Assembly: GCA_039588275.1 (NCBI GenBank)
Contig: JBDHAC010000006.1
Location: forward strand, 58,807-122,806
Reading direction: 5' to 3'
Length of the DNA: 64,000 nt
Origin: Gemmatimonadota bacterium
GTDB lineage: Bacteria; Gemmatimonadota; Gemmatimonadetes; Palauibacterales; Palauibacteraceae
Below the pieces are notes generated by a model. The model was not told where the DNA came from and did not search any database. It saw nothing but the letters and a program-made list of their open reading frames with translations. The translations under genes and the position numbers were made by a program. Positions 29,431-38,569 of the stretch are shown here, piece after piece. Every line of letters begins with the position of its first letter. The stretch's first letter is position 1.

Positions 29431-31137
29431 CTACCGTTCCAGCCGGATCCGATAGACCACGTTGTCGCGATCGCCCGTCACGAAGATCGTACCGGCCTCG
29501 TCGGCGACTACGTCGCTGAACACCCAGGTCGGGGGGGCGGTCGGCGGGCCTTCCAACCCCACCGCCAGTCCGGTGACGAGCGGCTGAGCCTCCGCGCTTC
29601 CGATGGGGATTCGCACGAGTTGGCGACGCCCGGTCTCGACGACCAGGAGGCTGCCGTCGGGAGCGAGCGTGATTCCCTCGGGCGCCGACAGACCTACCGC
29701 GACGGGTAGCGGAGTCCAGTTCGGCTCTCCCTCCGAGAGGATCTTCAGCACCTGTCCCGCTGCGCGATCCGTGACCCACAGGTCTCCGTCGCTCGCGGCG
29801 ATGCCCGCGGGCAGACCCAGCCCCGCCGCAAGCGTATCGCGTACGGTCGGATCTCCACCGCCGAGCCGGATCACTCGCCCGTCCCCGGGCCCCGCTCCCA
29901 GCTCTGCCACCACCAGGTCCCCACCGACGCTGACCGCGTTGAGGGGCGTCGCGAAGTCGGTGTACGTGGCGAGTGGGACTCGCGCCCGCGGGTCCCACAC
30001 CTGGACCGCGTTCGAGATCCACGACGCGATCACCAGGTTCCCGTCCTCGTCCCGATCGAGCGTCATGGGGGCGGTCACCCCTCCCGATGCGCCGATGACG
30101 TGTGTCTCGACGCCCGTCGCCTCTCCCGTCTGCGCGTCGAAGGCGCGCAACGAAAGGAGATCGGCTACGTACAGCGTGCCACGGGTCTGCCCCGCTCCCA
30201 GCGCGATGCCGCCGGGGGCGATCATCCCGCCGGGGGACACCAATCGCGTCGAATGGGCGTCGGTGATCTCGTAGACGGCCCCGTCGCGGGCATGGGAGAC
30301 GAACAACCGATCCGCGGAGTCGATCGCCAGGTTGTCAGGAGCCGGGGGTACGCGCCCGACGACCTCGCGATCACCGCTGACGAGATCGATGCGCCAGACC
30401 TCGCCGGTTGTGTACTCCGTCGCGTGCAGTCGACCGCGCGAGTCGAACTTCACCGCCGACACGATGTCGAACCCGTCCGCCACGGTCGTCGTGGTCGCGG
30501 TGGCGGGGTCGACCCGCACGATGCTCCCCTGCGTCCAGATGGGACCGTACAGCTGACCATCGGGTCCCCAATCCATGCCGTTCATCCAGCCGGGGGCCTC
30601 CAGGATCCTACGGGGCTCCTCGAGGAGCCCCGGGTCCAGCTCGTACAGACCATCGCCCAGGAAATCGAGCGCCACGAACAGGCGTCCGTCGTCCGAAAAG
30701 GTGATGGGGTTGACGCCGGGCGCGACCATCTGACCCTGCTTCGCCCCGTCCGGCCCGATTCGGCCCACCTCGCCCGTGAAGATGGCCGTCCAGTACACGG
30801 AGCCATCCGCGCCGATCGCGACGTCGTCGGGCGTCTCGACCCCATCCTCGGGCCCGTAGCGCCGCAACACCGATCCGGTCTCGGGATCGAGCGCCAGTAG
30901 CTCCCGCCCGAAGACGCTTCCCACCCAGAGACGTCCTTCGGCGTCGAAGTGGATCCCGTTGGCGCTATGGAAAGGCGCACCGCGAGCCAGCACGCTGACC
31001 GTGCCCCCGTCCGGGGCGGCAGGACGGGATCGCGTGGGATCGGAAGACCGCCTCGTGCGGTCCCCGCACGAGGCCACGGTGAACGCGAGCAGGAACGCCG
31101 TGAGCGCGGTGCTGATCCGTCTCAGGCGGATCACCAT
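29431..31137 (-). CDS. Lipoprotein with tandem beta-propellers (SMP-30/gluconolactonase/NHL-like)
   Basis: Lipobox TVASC; repeated NGI.FD..GRL / PDD / PDN / PEG blade motifs. Confidence 0.75.
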   Translation of the reverse strand: MVIRLRRISTALTAFLLAFTVASCGDRTRRSSDPTRSRPAAPDGGTVSVLARGAPFHSANGIHFDAEGRLWVGSVFGRELLALDPETGSVLRRYGPEDGVETPDDVAIGADGSVYWTAIFTGEVGRIGPDGAKQGQMVAPGVNPITFSDDGRLFVALDFLGDGLYELDPGLLEEPRRILEAPGWMNGMDWGPDGQLYGPIWTQGSIVRVDPATATTTTVADGFDIVSAVKFDSRGRLHATEYTTGEVWRIDLVSGDREVVGRVPPAPDNLAIDSADRLFVSHARDGAVYEITDAHSTRLVSPGGMIAPGGIALGAGQTRGTLYVADLLSLRAFDAQTGEATGVETHVIGASGGVTAPMTLDRDEDGNLVIASWISNAVQVWDPRARVPLATYTDFATPLNAVSVGGDLVVAELGAGPGDGRVIRLGGGDPTVRDTLAAGLGLPAGIAASDGDLWVTDRAAGQVLKILSEGEPNWTPLPVAVGLSAPEGITLAPDGSLLVVETGRRQLVRIPIGSAEAQPLVTGLAVGLEGPPTAPPTWVFSDVVADEAGTIFVTGDRDNVVYRIRLER

Positions 31138-32372
31138 GGACGGAAGAGGAGACCGGTCGGGATCTTGGGTGAGAAATACGTCGTCTTCGCCGGCAACCGT
31201 GTGCCGTCCGAGACGGCGTCCCGCACGGCGTCGACATCGACGGACGGCAGCAGAAAGGTGGCCCCGCCCTCGCCGCACGCGCGCGCGGCCTCCACCGCGT
31301 CGCGATGGTACGTGAGCTGGCCGTCTCGGGCGGCGTCATCGGCCGAGGTTCCGAGCGCGCCTTCCAGGATGAGGTGATCGAAGATGGCCGCCCCGATCCG
31401 GGCACGGGCCGGTGCGATCCCGGCCTCCTCCACCGCGCTCGCGCGCGGCCGGAGCAAATGAGCGCCGTCATCGGTTGCGGTGACGAGGCCGAGGGTGGCC
31501 CCGCCCGCCGTCGCGACCCGCCGCGCCGCGCCCTCGGGATCCTCACCCGGCAGCGGCTCGATCTCGAACAGGCCCGCGAGCGCGTCGATCCAGCTTCCTG
31601 CGGGCGGAGCTACCGCCAGGGCCCGGTGCGTGGGCAACACGGTCAGCCCGGGGTCCCGCTCGCTCACGACGCAACACACCGTCCGCTGCGCGCCTTCCTC
31701 GTCGGGTCGCGCCGCGGCCGCGGCGAGCGCGGTCTCGTATCGGTGGTGCCCATCGGCGATCAATAACGGGCCGCGGCTGGCAAGCGCGCACAGCCCGGCG
31801 GCTGCCGTCTCGTCGGACACGCGCCACAGTGTGTGTGTAATCCCGTCGGGTGTCGCTCCATCCAACTCCGGCGTCTCGTCCGCGATCGACTCGAGCGCCT
31901 CGATCAGTCCCCCGTCGGGGTCTTCACCGATCACGAAGATGGGTGATAACTGCGCTCGACAGGCCAGAGTCAGCGCCAGGCGGTCCTCCTTCGGTCCGCG
32001 GTGCGTTCGCTCGTGCGGGAGTACTTCACCGGCCTCGAACGGGACCAGGCGAAGCGCCGCGAACAGTGCCCTGCGGTGAACCAGGGTCCCGCCGACCTCG
32101 TAGGCCTGGCGGTATACGTAGGCCGAAGGCGTGGGGTCGCGCTCGAGAACGCGATCGGTCTCCCAGTCGGCCAGCCTGCGCGCGGCGAGACCGTACCGCT
32201 CGGGCGCCTCGCCCTCGGGCAGCACGAGCCGCACGCAGTTGAACGGACTCCGCCCTCGAAGCGCCTCGGCCTCCTCAGGGTCGATCACGTCGTACGGCGG
32301 CGCGAGGAGGGCAGCGGGCTGCCCTGCCAGTCGGTCGAAGCGAAGAGCGCGAAAGGGTGCAAGATCCGGCAC
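31131..32372 (-). CDS. DUF1015 family protein
   Basis: PFRALRF, PPYDVI, LPHERT, IADGHHRYETA, KTTYFSPK. Confidence 0.92.
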   Translation of the reverse strand: MPDLAPFRALRFDRLAGQPAALLAPPYDVIDPEEAEALRGRSPFNCVRLVLPEGEAPERYGLAARRLADWETDRVLERDPTPSAYVYRQAYEVGGTLVHRRALFAALRLVPFEAGEVLPHERTHRGPKEDRLALTLACRAQLSPIFVIGEDPDGGLIEALESIADETPELDGATPDGITHTLWRVSDETAAAGLCALASRGPLLIADGHHRYETALAAAAARPDEEGAQRTVCCVVSERDPGLTVLPTHRALAVAPPAGSWIDALAGLFEIEPLPGEDPEGAARRVATAGGATLGLVTATDDGAHLLRPRASAVEEAGIAPARARIGAAIFDHLILEGALGTSADDAARDGQLTYHRDAVEAARACGEGGATFLLPSVDVDAVRDAVSDGTRLPAKTTYFSPKIPTGLLFRPW

Positions 32373-32410
32373 GCTGCCTCCCATGTCCGGAGGGGAGTTG
32401 GACGAATCGG

Positions 32411-33667
32411 TCAACGCAACCGCACCCACCCGTAAAGTGCCACGAGGGCCAGGATGAGGGCCAGTCCAACCAGCTGCACGAGCCGGCGCTGGCGCAGGCC
32501 CCCACCTGCGGACTCGTCGGCGAGGGCCTGCGTGCGCGTGATCGCGCCGGCCCGGATGTCGAACACCCACGCGAGGATGATCGCGACCGGGAAGCCGGCC
32601 AGTACGGTGATGACCACCGCCGGATTGATCCACGATGGGAGGTCGAAGGGCTCGGTCAGATTCTGTACGCCCTCCACGGCGATGAAGGTGGCCGCTGCGT
32701 ACGCCACGGCCACCTTGTATACGTGCCGGCGCTTCAGCTCGGCGAGGAACGCGCCCAGGGCCGTGGTCGGCGGACTCTGGGGCGTCTCATCCGTCTCTGC
32801 GAGCAGCAACCGAGCGACTTCGGCCGCCGCCGGCCGGTGTTCCGGTCGTTTGGCCAGGCAACGGCCGAGGAGGTTGGCCAACGCCGGGTCGGTGCCCGGG
32901 CGCAGCGTCTCGAGCGGGGTTGGCGTCTGTCGCAGGTGGGCGGCGGCCAGCTCCGCGTTCGATGACGCTTCGTAGGGGCTCGTCAGCGTCAGGAGCTCGT
33001 AACCGAGCATGCCCAGCGAGTACACGTCCGCGAGCTCGGTCAGCGGCTCGCCCTGCAGGTGCTCCGGCGATACGTAGCGCATGTCCCCGAGGACCTCACC
33101 CTGCACGGTGAGTCGGGTCGACGTGTCCTCGTGCCCCGTATCGCGGACAGCCGCCACCCCGAAGTCAGTCAGAACGATGCGGCCTGTGTCGTTGTCGCGC
33201 AGCACGTTCGCGGGCTTTACGTCCCGGTGGATGATCTCCTTGGCGTGGGCCGCGGCCAGCGCCGCAGCGATCCCGGCCAACGTCGCTCGCGCGTCCTCCT
33301 CCGACATCGGACCTCCCGCCCGCAGCCCGTCCTCGAGGTTGCGGCCCTCGACGTACTCCATAACGAAATACGGCACGCCCGTGGAGAGCCGGCCAACCTG
33401 ATACACCGACGTCACGTTGGCGTGGGAGATCTTCGCCGCCGAGCGGGCTTCGCGCTCGAACCGGCGCCGCACCTTCTCGTCCCGCGAGGGACCGGGCGAC
33501 AGGACCTTGACCGCGACGGGGCGGTCGAGAGCGGCCTCACGGGCGAGGTACACGCTCGCCACCGACCCGCGACCGAGAAGGCGAATCACGCGCAGGTCGG
33601 GCGCGAGCTCCTCCCGTACCTGCTCGTCGAGGGCGTCGAAGGAGGCGGTTTCGTTCAGCGTGGACAT
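32411..33667 (-). CDS. Hanks-type Ser/Thr protein kinase with C-terminal TM module
   Basis: LGRGSVASV, VAVK, HRDVKPAN, DFG, YVSPE. Confidence 0.93.
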   Translation of the reverse strand: MSTLNETASFDALDEQVREELAPDLRVIRLLGRGSVASVYLAREAALDRPVAVKVLSPGPSRDEKVRRRFEREARSAAKISHANVTSVYQVGRLSTGVPYFVMEYVEGRNLEDGLRAGGPMSEEDARATLAGIAAALAAAHAKEIIHRDVKPANVLRDNDTGRIVLTDFGVAAVRDTGHEDTSTRLTVQGEVLGDMRYVSPEHLQGEPLTELADVYSLGMLGYELLTLTSPYEASSNAELAAAHLRQTPTPLETLRPGTDPALANLLGRCLAKRPEHRPAAAEVARLLLAETDETPQSPPTTALGAFLAELKRRHVYKVAVAYAAATFIAVEGVQNLTEPFDLPSWINPAVVITVLAGFPVAIILAWVFDIRAGAITRTQALADESAGGGLRQRRLVQLVGLALILALVALYGWVRLR

Positions 33668-33903
33668 CCCCTCTCAGAAGGCCACCAGCCGGGGGCTGAG
33701 AATAGCCGCTCGCACCGGGGTCGGCCAGAAACGCTGCACCCGGGCACACGTGGTGCGGAAGCCGACGCGGGCCAGATCCGGGTCCACTCCGCCCGGTGGA
33801 TCGCGAGACCCGGGGCTGCCGGCGACCTGCTAGATTACAGACGGATCTCGACACAAGCCTCGCAGGCCTCGCAGACCGTCGCCAACGCCATGTTGGGAGA
33901 GCG

Positions 33904-34689
33904 ATGACCCAGCCGATCCAGGGACTCCTGATCGATCTGGACGGGACCGCGTACCAGGCGCGCCGCCTGCTCTCCGGGGCCGTCCAGACCACGCAGTGGC
34001 TTCGCCGGCGAGGCGTGCCTTTTCTGTTCACGACCAACACCAGCAGGAAATCGCGGCGCGCCGTAGTCGAGTCGCTCACGAAGCTCGGCATGGAGGTGGA
34101 GCCGGATGAGATCCTGACGGCGCCGCTGGCCGCAGCCCGCTGGCTCGACGGCGCGGGCCTGAAGCGCCTGCGGTTGCTGCTCCCGCGATCCACGCACGAG
34201 GACTTCGGCGGATTCGATCTGGATACCGCCGCGCCGGAGGCGGTCGTCGTGGGCGACCTGGGCCCGGACTTCCGGTTCGATCTCCTGAACGAGGCCTTCC
34301 TGGCACTCCGGAGTGGGGCCCGCCTGGTCGCGATACACAAGAACAGATATTGGCTGCCCGATGCGGGGCCCACCCTCGACGCCGGTCCGTTCGTCGTGGC
34401 GCTCGAGTATGCGGCGCGCACCGAGGCCGTCCTGGTGGGCAAGCCGGCGCCGGAGTTCTTCACCCTCGCGGCCCGCATCCTCGGTGTCGGCGCGCAGCAG
34501 CTGGCCGTCGTGGGGGACGACATCGATTCCGACATTCGAGGCGCACGGGAGGCCGGACTGACCGCGATTCAGGTGCGCACCGGGAAGTTCGATCCGGGGC
34601 AGCTGGAAACCGTCGAACCGGCCCACGCGCCACACCACGTTATCGATTCGATCGCCGAGCTGCCCGGGGTACTGCAGCGCCAGGACTGA
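33904..34689 (+). CDS. HAD-IIA hydrolase (LHPP/HDHD2-like)
   Basis: DLDGT, TTNTS, GKP, GDDIDSD, RTGKF. Confidence 0.92.
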   Translation: MTQPIQGLLIDLDGTAYQARRLLSGAVQTTQWLRRRGVPFLFTTNTSRKSRRAVVESLTKLGMEVEPDEILTAPLAAARWLDGAGLKRLRLLLPRSTHEDFGGFDLDTAAPEAVVVGDLGPDFRFDLLNEAFLALRSGARLVAIHKNRYWLPDAGPTLDAGPFVVALEYAARTEAVLVGKPAPEFFTLAARILGVGAQQLAVVGDDIDSDIRGAREAGLTAIQVRTGKFDPGQLETVEPAHAPHHVIDSIAELPGVLQRQD

Positions 34690-34719
34690 CCGCCCCGCGC
34701 TTGCCCACGCTCCGGTCGA

Positions 34720-35018
34720 GAGACGGGAGACCTGGATTTGGAGGATGCGGTCCTGCTGTATCGCGCCCGCGTGCGCACGGAGGGAGTGGATGGCAACGCA
34801 TACCCGGAGATGTGGGTCCAGGTGGCGGGGGTCGGGAAGCCTTCTCACGGGATCTCCAGTCCCCGCTGAGCGGATCGAACGAATGGTCGACCGAGGAGAC
34901 GCTGTTCTTTCTTCAAGCGGGCCAGAGGCCGGACAACGTCAAGCTCAAGCTGGTGGTCGACGGGCAGGGAACCGTGTGGATCGACGACATTCGTCTGACG
35001 AGCGGGCCGCTGCCCTAG
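34720..35018 (+). pseudogene. Frameshifted, 5'-truncated gene remnant (beta-sandwich-like hypothetical)
   Basis: One frame reads ETGDLDLEDAVLLYRARVRTEGVDGNAYPEMWVQVAGVG and shifts at ~34836 into EAFSRDLQSPLSGSNEWSTEETLFFLQ..VWIDDIRL; no start codon or RBS. Confidence 0.6.
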
Positions 35019-35035
35019 CGCCTCGGAACGACGGA

Positions 35036-35085
35036 GAGACCGAGGCGAATCGAGACCGAAGGCGAATCGAGACCGAAGGTGAATC
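35036..35085 (+). repeat. 3x 16-17 bp tandem repeat
   Basis: GAGACCGA(A)GG(C/T)GAATC x3 immediately before GTG 35087. Confidence 0.85.
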
Positions 35086-35086
35086 G

Positions 35087-35971
35087 GTGAGCCCCATCCA
35101 AGTGGATCCTGCGGTGTCGGTTCAGGTGGCAACGATCGATTTTCACGTGACCTCCGAGTGCAGCCAGTCGTGCCCTTACTGCTGGGGACCACAGGACTTC
35201 GAGACTCCCGTCGATACCACCACCGCCATGCGAATCATCGAGCGAGTCCGACGCGTCGGAGCGACACGGATCGTGTTCACCGGGGGAGATCCGCTGACCC
35301 GCCCGGATGTCGGGCTCCTGATTCGCCACGCCTGTCAGTGTGGATTGGAGACAGCCCTGTCCACCACGGGGGATGAGCTCACCCGTGGCTTCCTGGCGGA
35401 GTACGGTGCGTACCTCGACCTCATCTCCCTTCCGTTGGATGGCCCCACCGAGGAGGTCAACGCGCGCACTAAGGAAAAAGGACACTTCGCCGCGGTAATG
35501 CGCGCCCTGGATCGGCTGCGCGCGCACCCCGGAATCGATGTGAAGGTGTGCACTCCCGTCACGAGGCAGAACCTGAACGAAGTTCCCGCCATCGTGCGGC
35601 TGGTCGAAGAGTACGCCGGCACGACGGACGCTCGAGTCTTCTACAACATCTTTCAGGCCTTCCCCCGCGCCATGTCTCCCGTTGATTGGGACGCGCTGCT
35701 TGTAAGCGACGAGGAGTTCGCTCACCTGATGCGTACGCTCCCACCGCAGCGACGCATCCGAGTCAACCTGCTCGACCACGCGACGCTGGATCGGCTCTAC
35801 GTGATGATCTTCCCCGATGGCAGCCTGGTCGTGCCTAACGGCCCTGACTATCAGGCTTTCGGGCCGTTCCTGGAGATCGAGGACCTGGGGGCGGCCCTGG
35901 AGACCAGCCAGTTCGATGCGCCGAAGCACCGGCGGCACTCGCTGGGGTGGACGAGAACGGTCAGAGCGTGA
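35087..35971 (+). CDS. Radical SAM protein, viperin-like architecture
   Basis: CSQSCPYC, FTGGDP, LDLISLPLDG..EEVN, no SPASM cysteines. Confidence 0.85.
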   Translation: MSPIQVDPAVSVQVATIDFHVTSECSQSCPYCWGPQDFETPVDTTTAMRIIERVRRVGATRIVFTGGDPLTRPDVGLLIRHACQCGLETALSTTGDELTRGFLAEYGAYLDLISLPLDGPTEEVNARTKEKGHFAAVMRALDRLRAHPGIDVKVCTPVTRQNLNEVPAIVRLVEEYAGTTDARVFYNIFQAFPRAMSPVDWDALLVSDEEFAHLMRTLPPQRRIRVNLLDHATLDRLYVMIFPDGSLVVPNGPDYQAFGPFLEIEDLGAALETSQFDAPKHRRHSLGWTRTVRA

Positions 35972-36019
35972 GGTGCGGAGCGCCGATGGAAGCAGCTGCC
36001 GCCGCACTCGCAGCCTTCT

Positions 36020-37060
36020 CTACAGCCTCCCGAAGTGCTTGAGCACGGTCAGCGCGTGCAGCGTGATCCACTTGGACGGCCGTCCCACCCGCTCCACATC
36101 CGCCAGCATCTTGCCGTTCAGGGACACGTCGAGCTTCCAGCGGCCGTCCGGACCCCGCTTGGCCTCGATATGGTCGAGCGCTTCGTCCAGCACGGGCTGA
36201 TACTCCACTCCCACCTCGGCGAGCGCGAGCATCGCCTCCAACAGGTCGGGATTGTAGCTGTGAGGGAACCCGAATCGCAGCCACCCCTTTTTCGGCAACC
36301 AATCCCGGGCGCCGATCGGGTGGTCTCGCAGGTACGCCGCCTTGAACTCCTTGACGGACACGCCCTTCGGCCGCCTTCCCTTGGGCTGGAGCGGTACCAG
36401 CTCCTTGTAGTAGCGGGACGCATCCGGGCGCACGTAGTGATACACGCGCATCTCGAGCAGTTGGCTGACGAGGAGGTCACTCAACCGCTCGCGCGCCTCC
36501 CTCGCCACACCGTCGGGGGCGACGGCCAGCGCTCGGAGCGCCTGTGGCAGGGTCATCCTGCACGAAGGCAACAGGCTGTGGTAGTCGATCACCATACAGG
36601 GGACGCCGCCGTATGGAAGGATACGCTCGGCCAGGCGCTCGTAGCCGCGAACGACCGTTTCGTGCCGGCCGAAACCGAAGTGCACCAGCGCCCGCAGCAT
36701 GTTTCCGGTGAGACACACGATCTCCCAACGCGCCTGCCCGCTGGGACTGAAGCCGCCGCTATCCATTTGCTGCGCGAGCACGTGCTCGGCGAGCCGTCGC
36801 GCTCGCGAATCGCGCCGGTCCGCCTGCATGTCGGCCAGGAAGAGCAGCGTCCAATACGCCCCCGCGTACTTCTGGTAGGCCTTGGCCGCGATGGCCTCGT
36901 CCACGCGTTCAAGCATGCCCGCGACCGGCGGATACGCGCACAGCTGACCGCGCAACACGGTCATGTGCCTCGAGCGCGGCGACTCGCCCAGGAACCGCAG
37001 GCGGGTTAGATAGGCCACGCCGGGCGCGTCTTTCTCGAGCAGCCAATCCACGGGATCCAT
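36020..37060 (-). CDS. Prenyltransferase/squalene-cyclase-repeat-like alpha-barrel hypothetical
   Basis: QMDSGGFS, FGFP.SY..DLLE, KRGPDGRW.L, GRPSKWITL. Confidence 0.7.
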   Translation of the reverse strand: MDPVDWLLEKDAPGVAYLTRLRFLGESPRSRHMTVLRGQLCAYPPVAGMLERVDEAIAAKAYQKYAGAYWTLLFLADMQADRRDSRARRLAEHVLAQQMDSGGFSPSGQARWEIVCLTGNMLRALVHFGFGRHETVVRGYERLAERILPYGGVPCMVIDYHSLLPSCRMTLPQALRALAVAPDGVAREARERLSDLLVSQLLEMRVYHYVRPDASRYYKELVPLQPKGRRPKGVSVKEFKAAYLRDHPIGARDWLPKKGWLRFGFPHSYNPDLLEAMLALAEVGVEYQPVLDEALDHIEAKRGPDGRWKLDVSLNGKMLADVERVGRPSKWITLHALTVLKHFGRL

Positions 37061-37166
37061 GAGTCCAGAATAGCGCAGCCGGCCACCAGAGACGAAGATC
37101 ACGCGGCTTACAAATGAGCCGGATTCCCGCTTTCATGCGCCTTGAGAGGTGAGGAGACGACCGAAC

Positions 37167-37682
37167 ATGAGCCAGGACACGATCAGGAGGGCCTTCGAAC
37201 GGAGCGAGAAGGCGCTGACGCTCAGGCCCTCGATTGGCCGCGGGACCGCGGTAACGACGGTCCGGTTGGACGAAGACCTCGCGTGCGAATCCCGGGACGG
37301 ACGCTGGAGCCTGACCGTCGACATGTCGGAGCAGTCGGGCGGATCCGGAACGGCCCCGGACCCGGGTGTCTTCGGCCGAACCGCGCTCGGGAGCTGCCTG
37401 GCGATCGGGTATACGAAGTGGGCGGCCAAACGAGGCGTTCCAATCCGGGGCCTCGAGGTGGAAGTGCAGGCGGACTACGATGCGGCCCCCGAGTACGGCA
37501 TCGGGGACGGACCCCCTGGTTACTCACGGGTCCGTTACGTGGTGAGGATCGAGAGCGACGCGGGCGAGGACGAGATCGAGCGGCTCCTCGACGAAGCAGA
37601 TTCATGCAGCCCGTGGCTCGACATCTTCCTGCGCCCGATCGAGCTGCGGCGCGAAGTGCGCCTCCTACAACCAGAGGAGTAG
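37167..37682 (+). CDS. OsmC/Ohr family protein
   Basis: GGSGTAPDPG, ALGSCL, second Cys in DSCSP. Confidence 0.88.
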   Translation: MSQDTIRRAFERSEKALTLRPSIGRGTAVTTVRLDEDLACESRDGRWSLTVDMSEQSGGSGTAPDPGVFGRTALGSCLAIGYTKWAAKRGVPIRGLEVEVQADYDAAPEYGIGDGPPGYSRVRYVVRIESDAGEDEIERLLDEADSCSPWLDIFLRPIELRREVRLLQPEE

Positions 37683-37686
37683 CATC

Positions 37687-38508
37687 GTGGACCCGAGGTT
37701 ACAGCGGCGCGTACAGCGCTACGGTTGGGATCGCGCGGTCGATCACTACGAGCGCCACTGGGCGCGGCAACTCGAGCCCGCGCAGCGAAAGCTCCTGGAA
37801 ATGGCTGCCCTCCGTCCGGGGGAGCGGGTGCTGGACATCGCCTGCGGGACGGGATTGGTCACGCTTCCCGCAGCGGAGGACGTGGGCGACGAGGGGACGA
37901 TCCTCGCTACGGACCTCGCCGGGGAGATGGTGGACGCCCTCAGGCTGGATGCGGCTCGTCGTGGGGTCACCAACATCGCCTTCGAGCGCATGGGGGCCGA
38001 GGAGCTGGATGTGGCCGACGGATCCTTCGACGCCGCGCTGAACGCGCTCGGCCTCATGTACGTGCCGGACCCGATGCAGGCGGTGCGCGAGATGCACCGG
38101 GTTCTGGTCGTCGGTGGTCGGGCCGTGGCGGCCGTGTGGGGCGCGCGCGCCAAGTGCGGCTGGGCGGAGATCTTCCCGATCGTGGACTCGCGGGTGAACA
38201 CCGAGGTGTGTCCCCTGTTCTTCCAGCTCGGGACGGGGGCGTCGTTGGAAGGGGCGTTCCAGGGCGCCGGATTCGTCGACATCAGCACCGATCGATTCGC
38301 GACGGGGCTGTACTACGAGTCGGCGGAGGACGCGCTCGGTGCGGCCTTCGCCGGCGGGCCGGTCGCGCTCGCCTACTCACGCTTCGATGAGCGAACGCGC
38401 GACGAGGCGCACGCGGAGTACCTCGCCTCGATCGAGCCGTACCGAAACGGCGACGGCTATCTGATACCGGGCGAGTTCGTCGTCGTCCGTGGCACGAGGG
38501 CGGGCTAG
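37687..38508 (+). CDS. Class I SAM-dependent methyltransferase
   Basis: VLDIACGTG, DGSFDA, LGLMYVPD. Confidence 0.92.
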   Translation: MDPRLQRRVQRYGWDRAVDHYERHWARQLEPAQRKLLEMAALRPGERVLDIACGTGLVTLPAAEDVGDEGTILATDLAGEMVDALRLDAARRGVTNIAFERMGAEELDVADGSFDAALNALGLMYVPDPMQAVREMHRVLVVGGRAVAAVWGARAKCGWAEIFPIVDSRVNTEVCPLFFQLGTGASLEGAFQGAGFVDISTDRFATGLYYESAEDALGAAFAGGPVALAYSRFDERTRDEAHAEYLASIEPYRNGDGYLIPGEFVVVRGTRAG

Positions 38509-38569
38509 CGAGCCGCCGAGAAACTCCAGTGGGTGGCGCCCTCGTCTTCCGGGACGACTCAGCGACCCG

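Noticed and set aside
35036..35085. CRISPR array (also considered for 48414-48452 and 20277-20377)
   Set aside because: Repeats are contiguous or only two copies, with no spacer series and no cas genes
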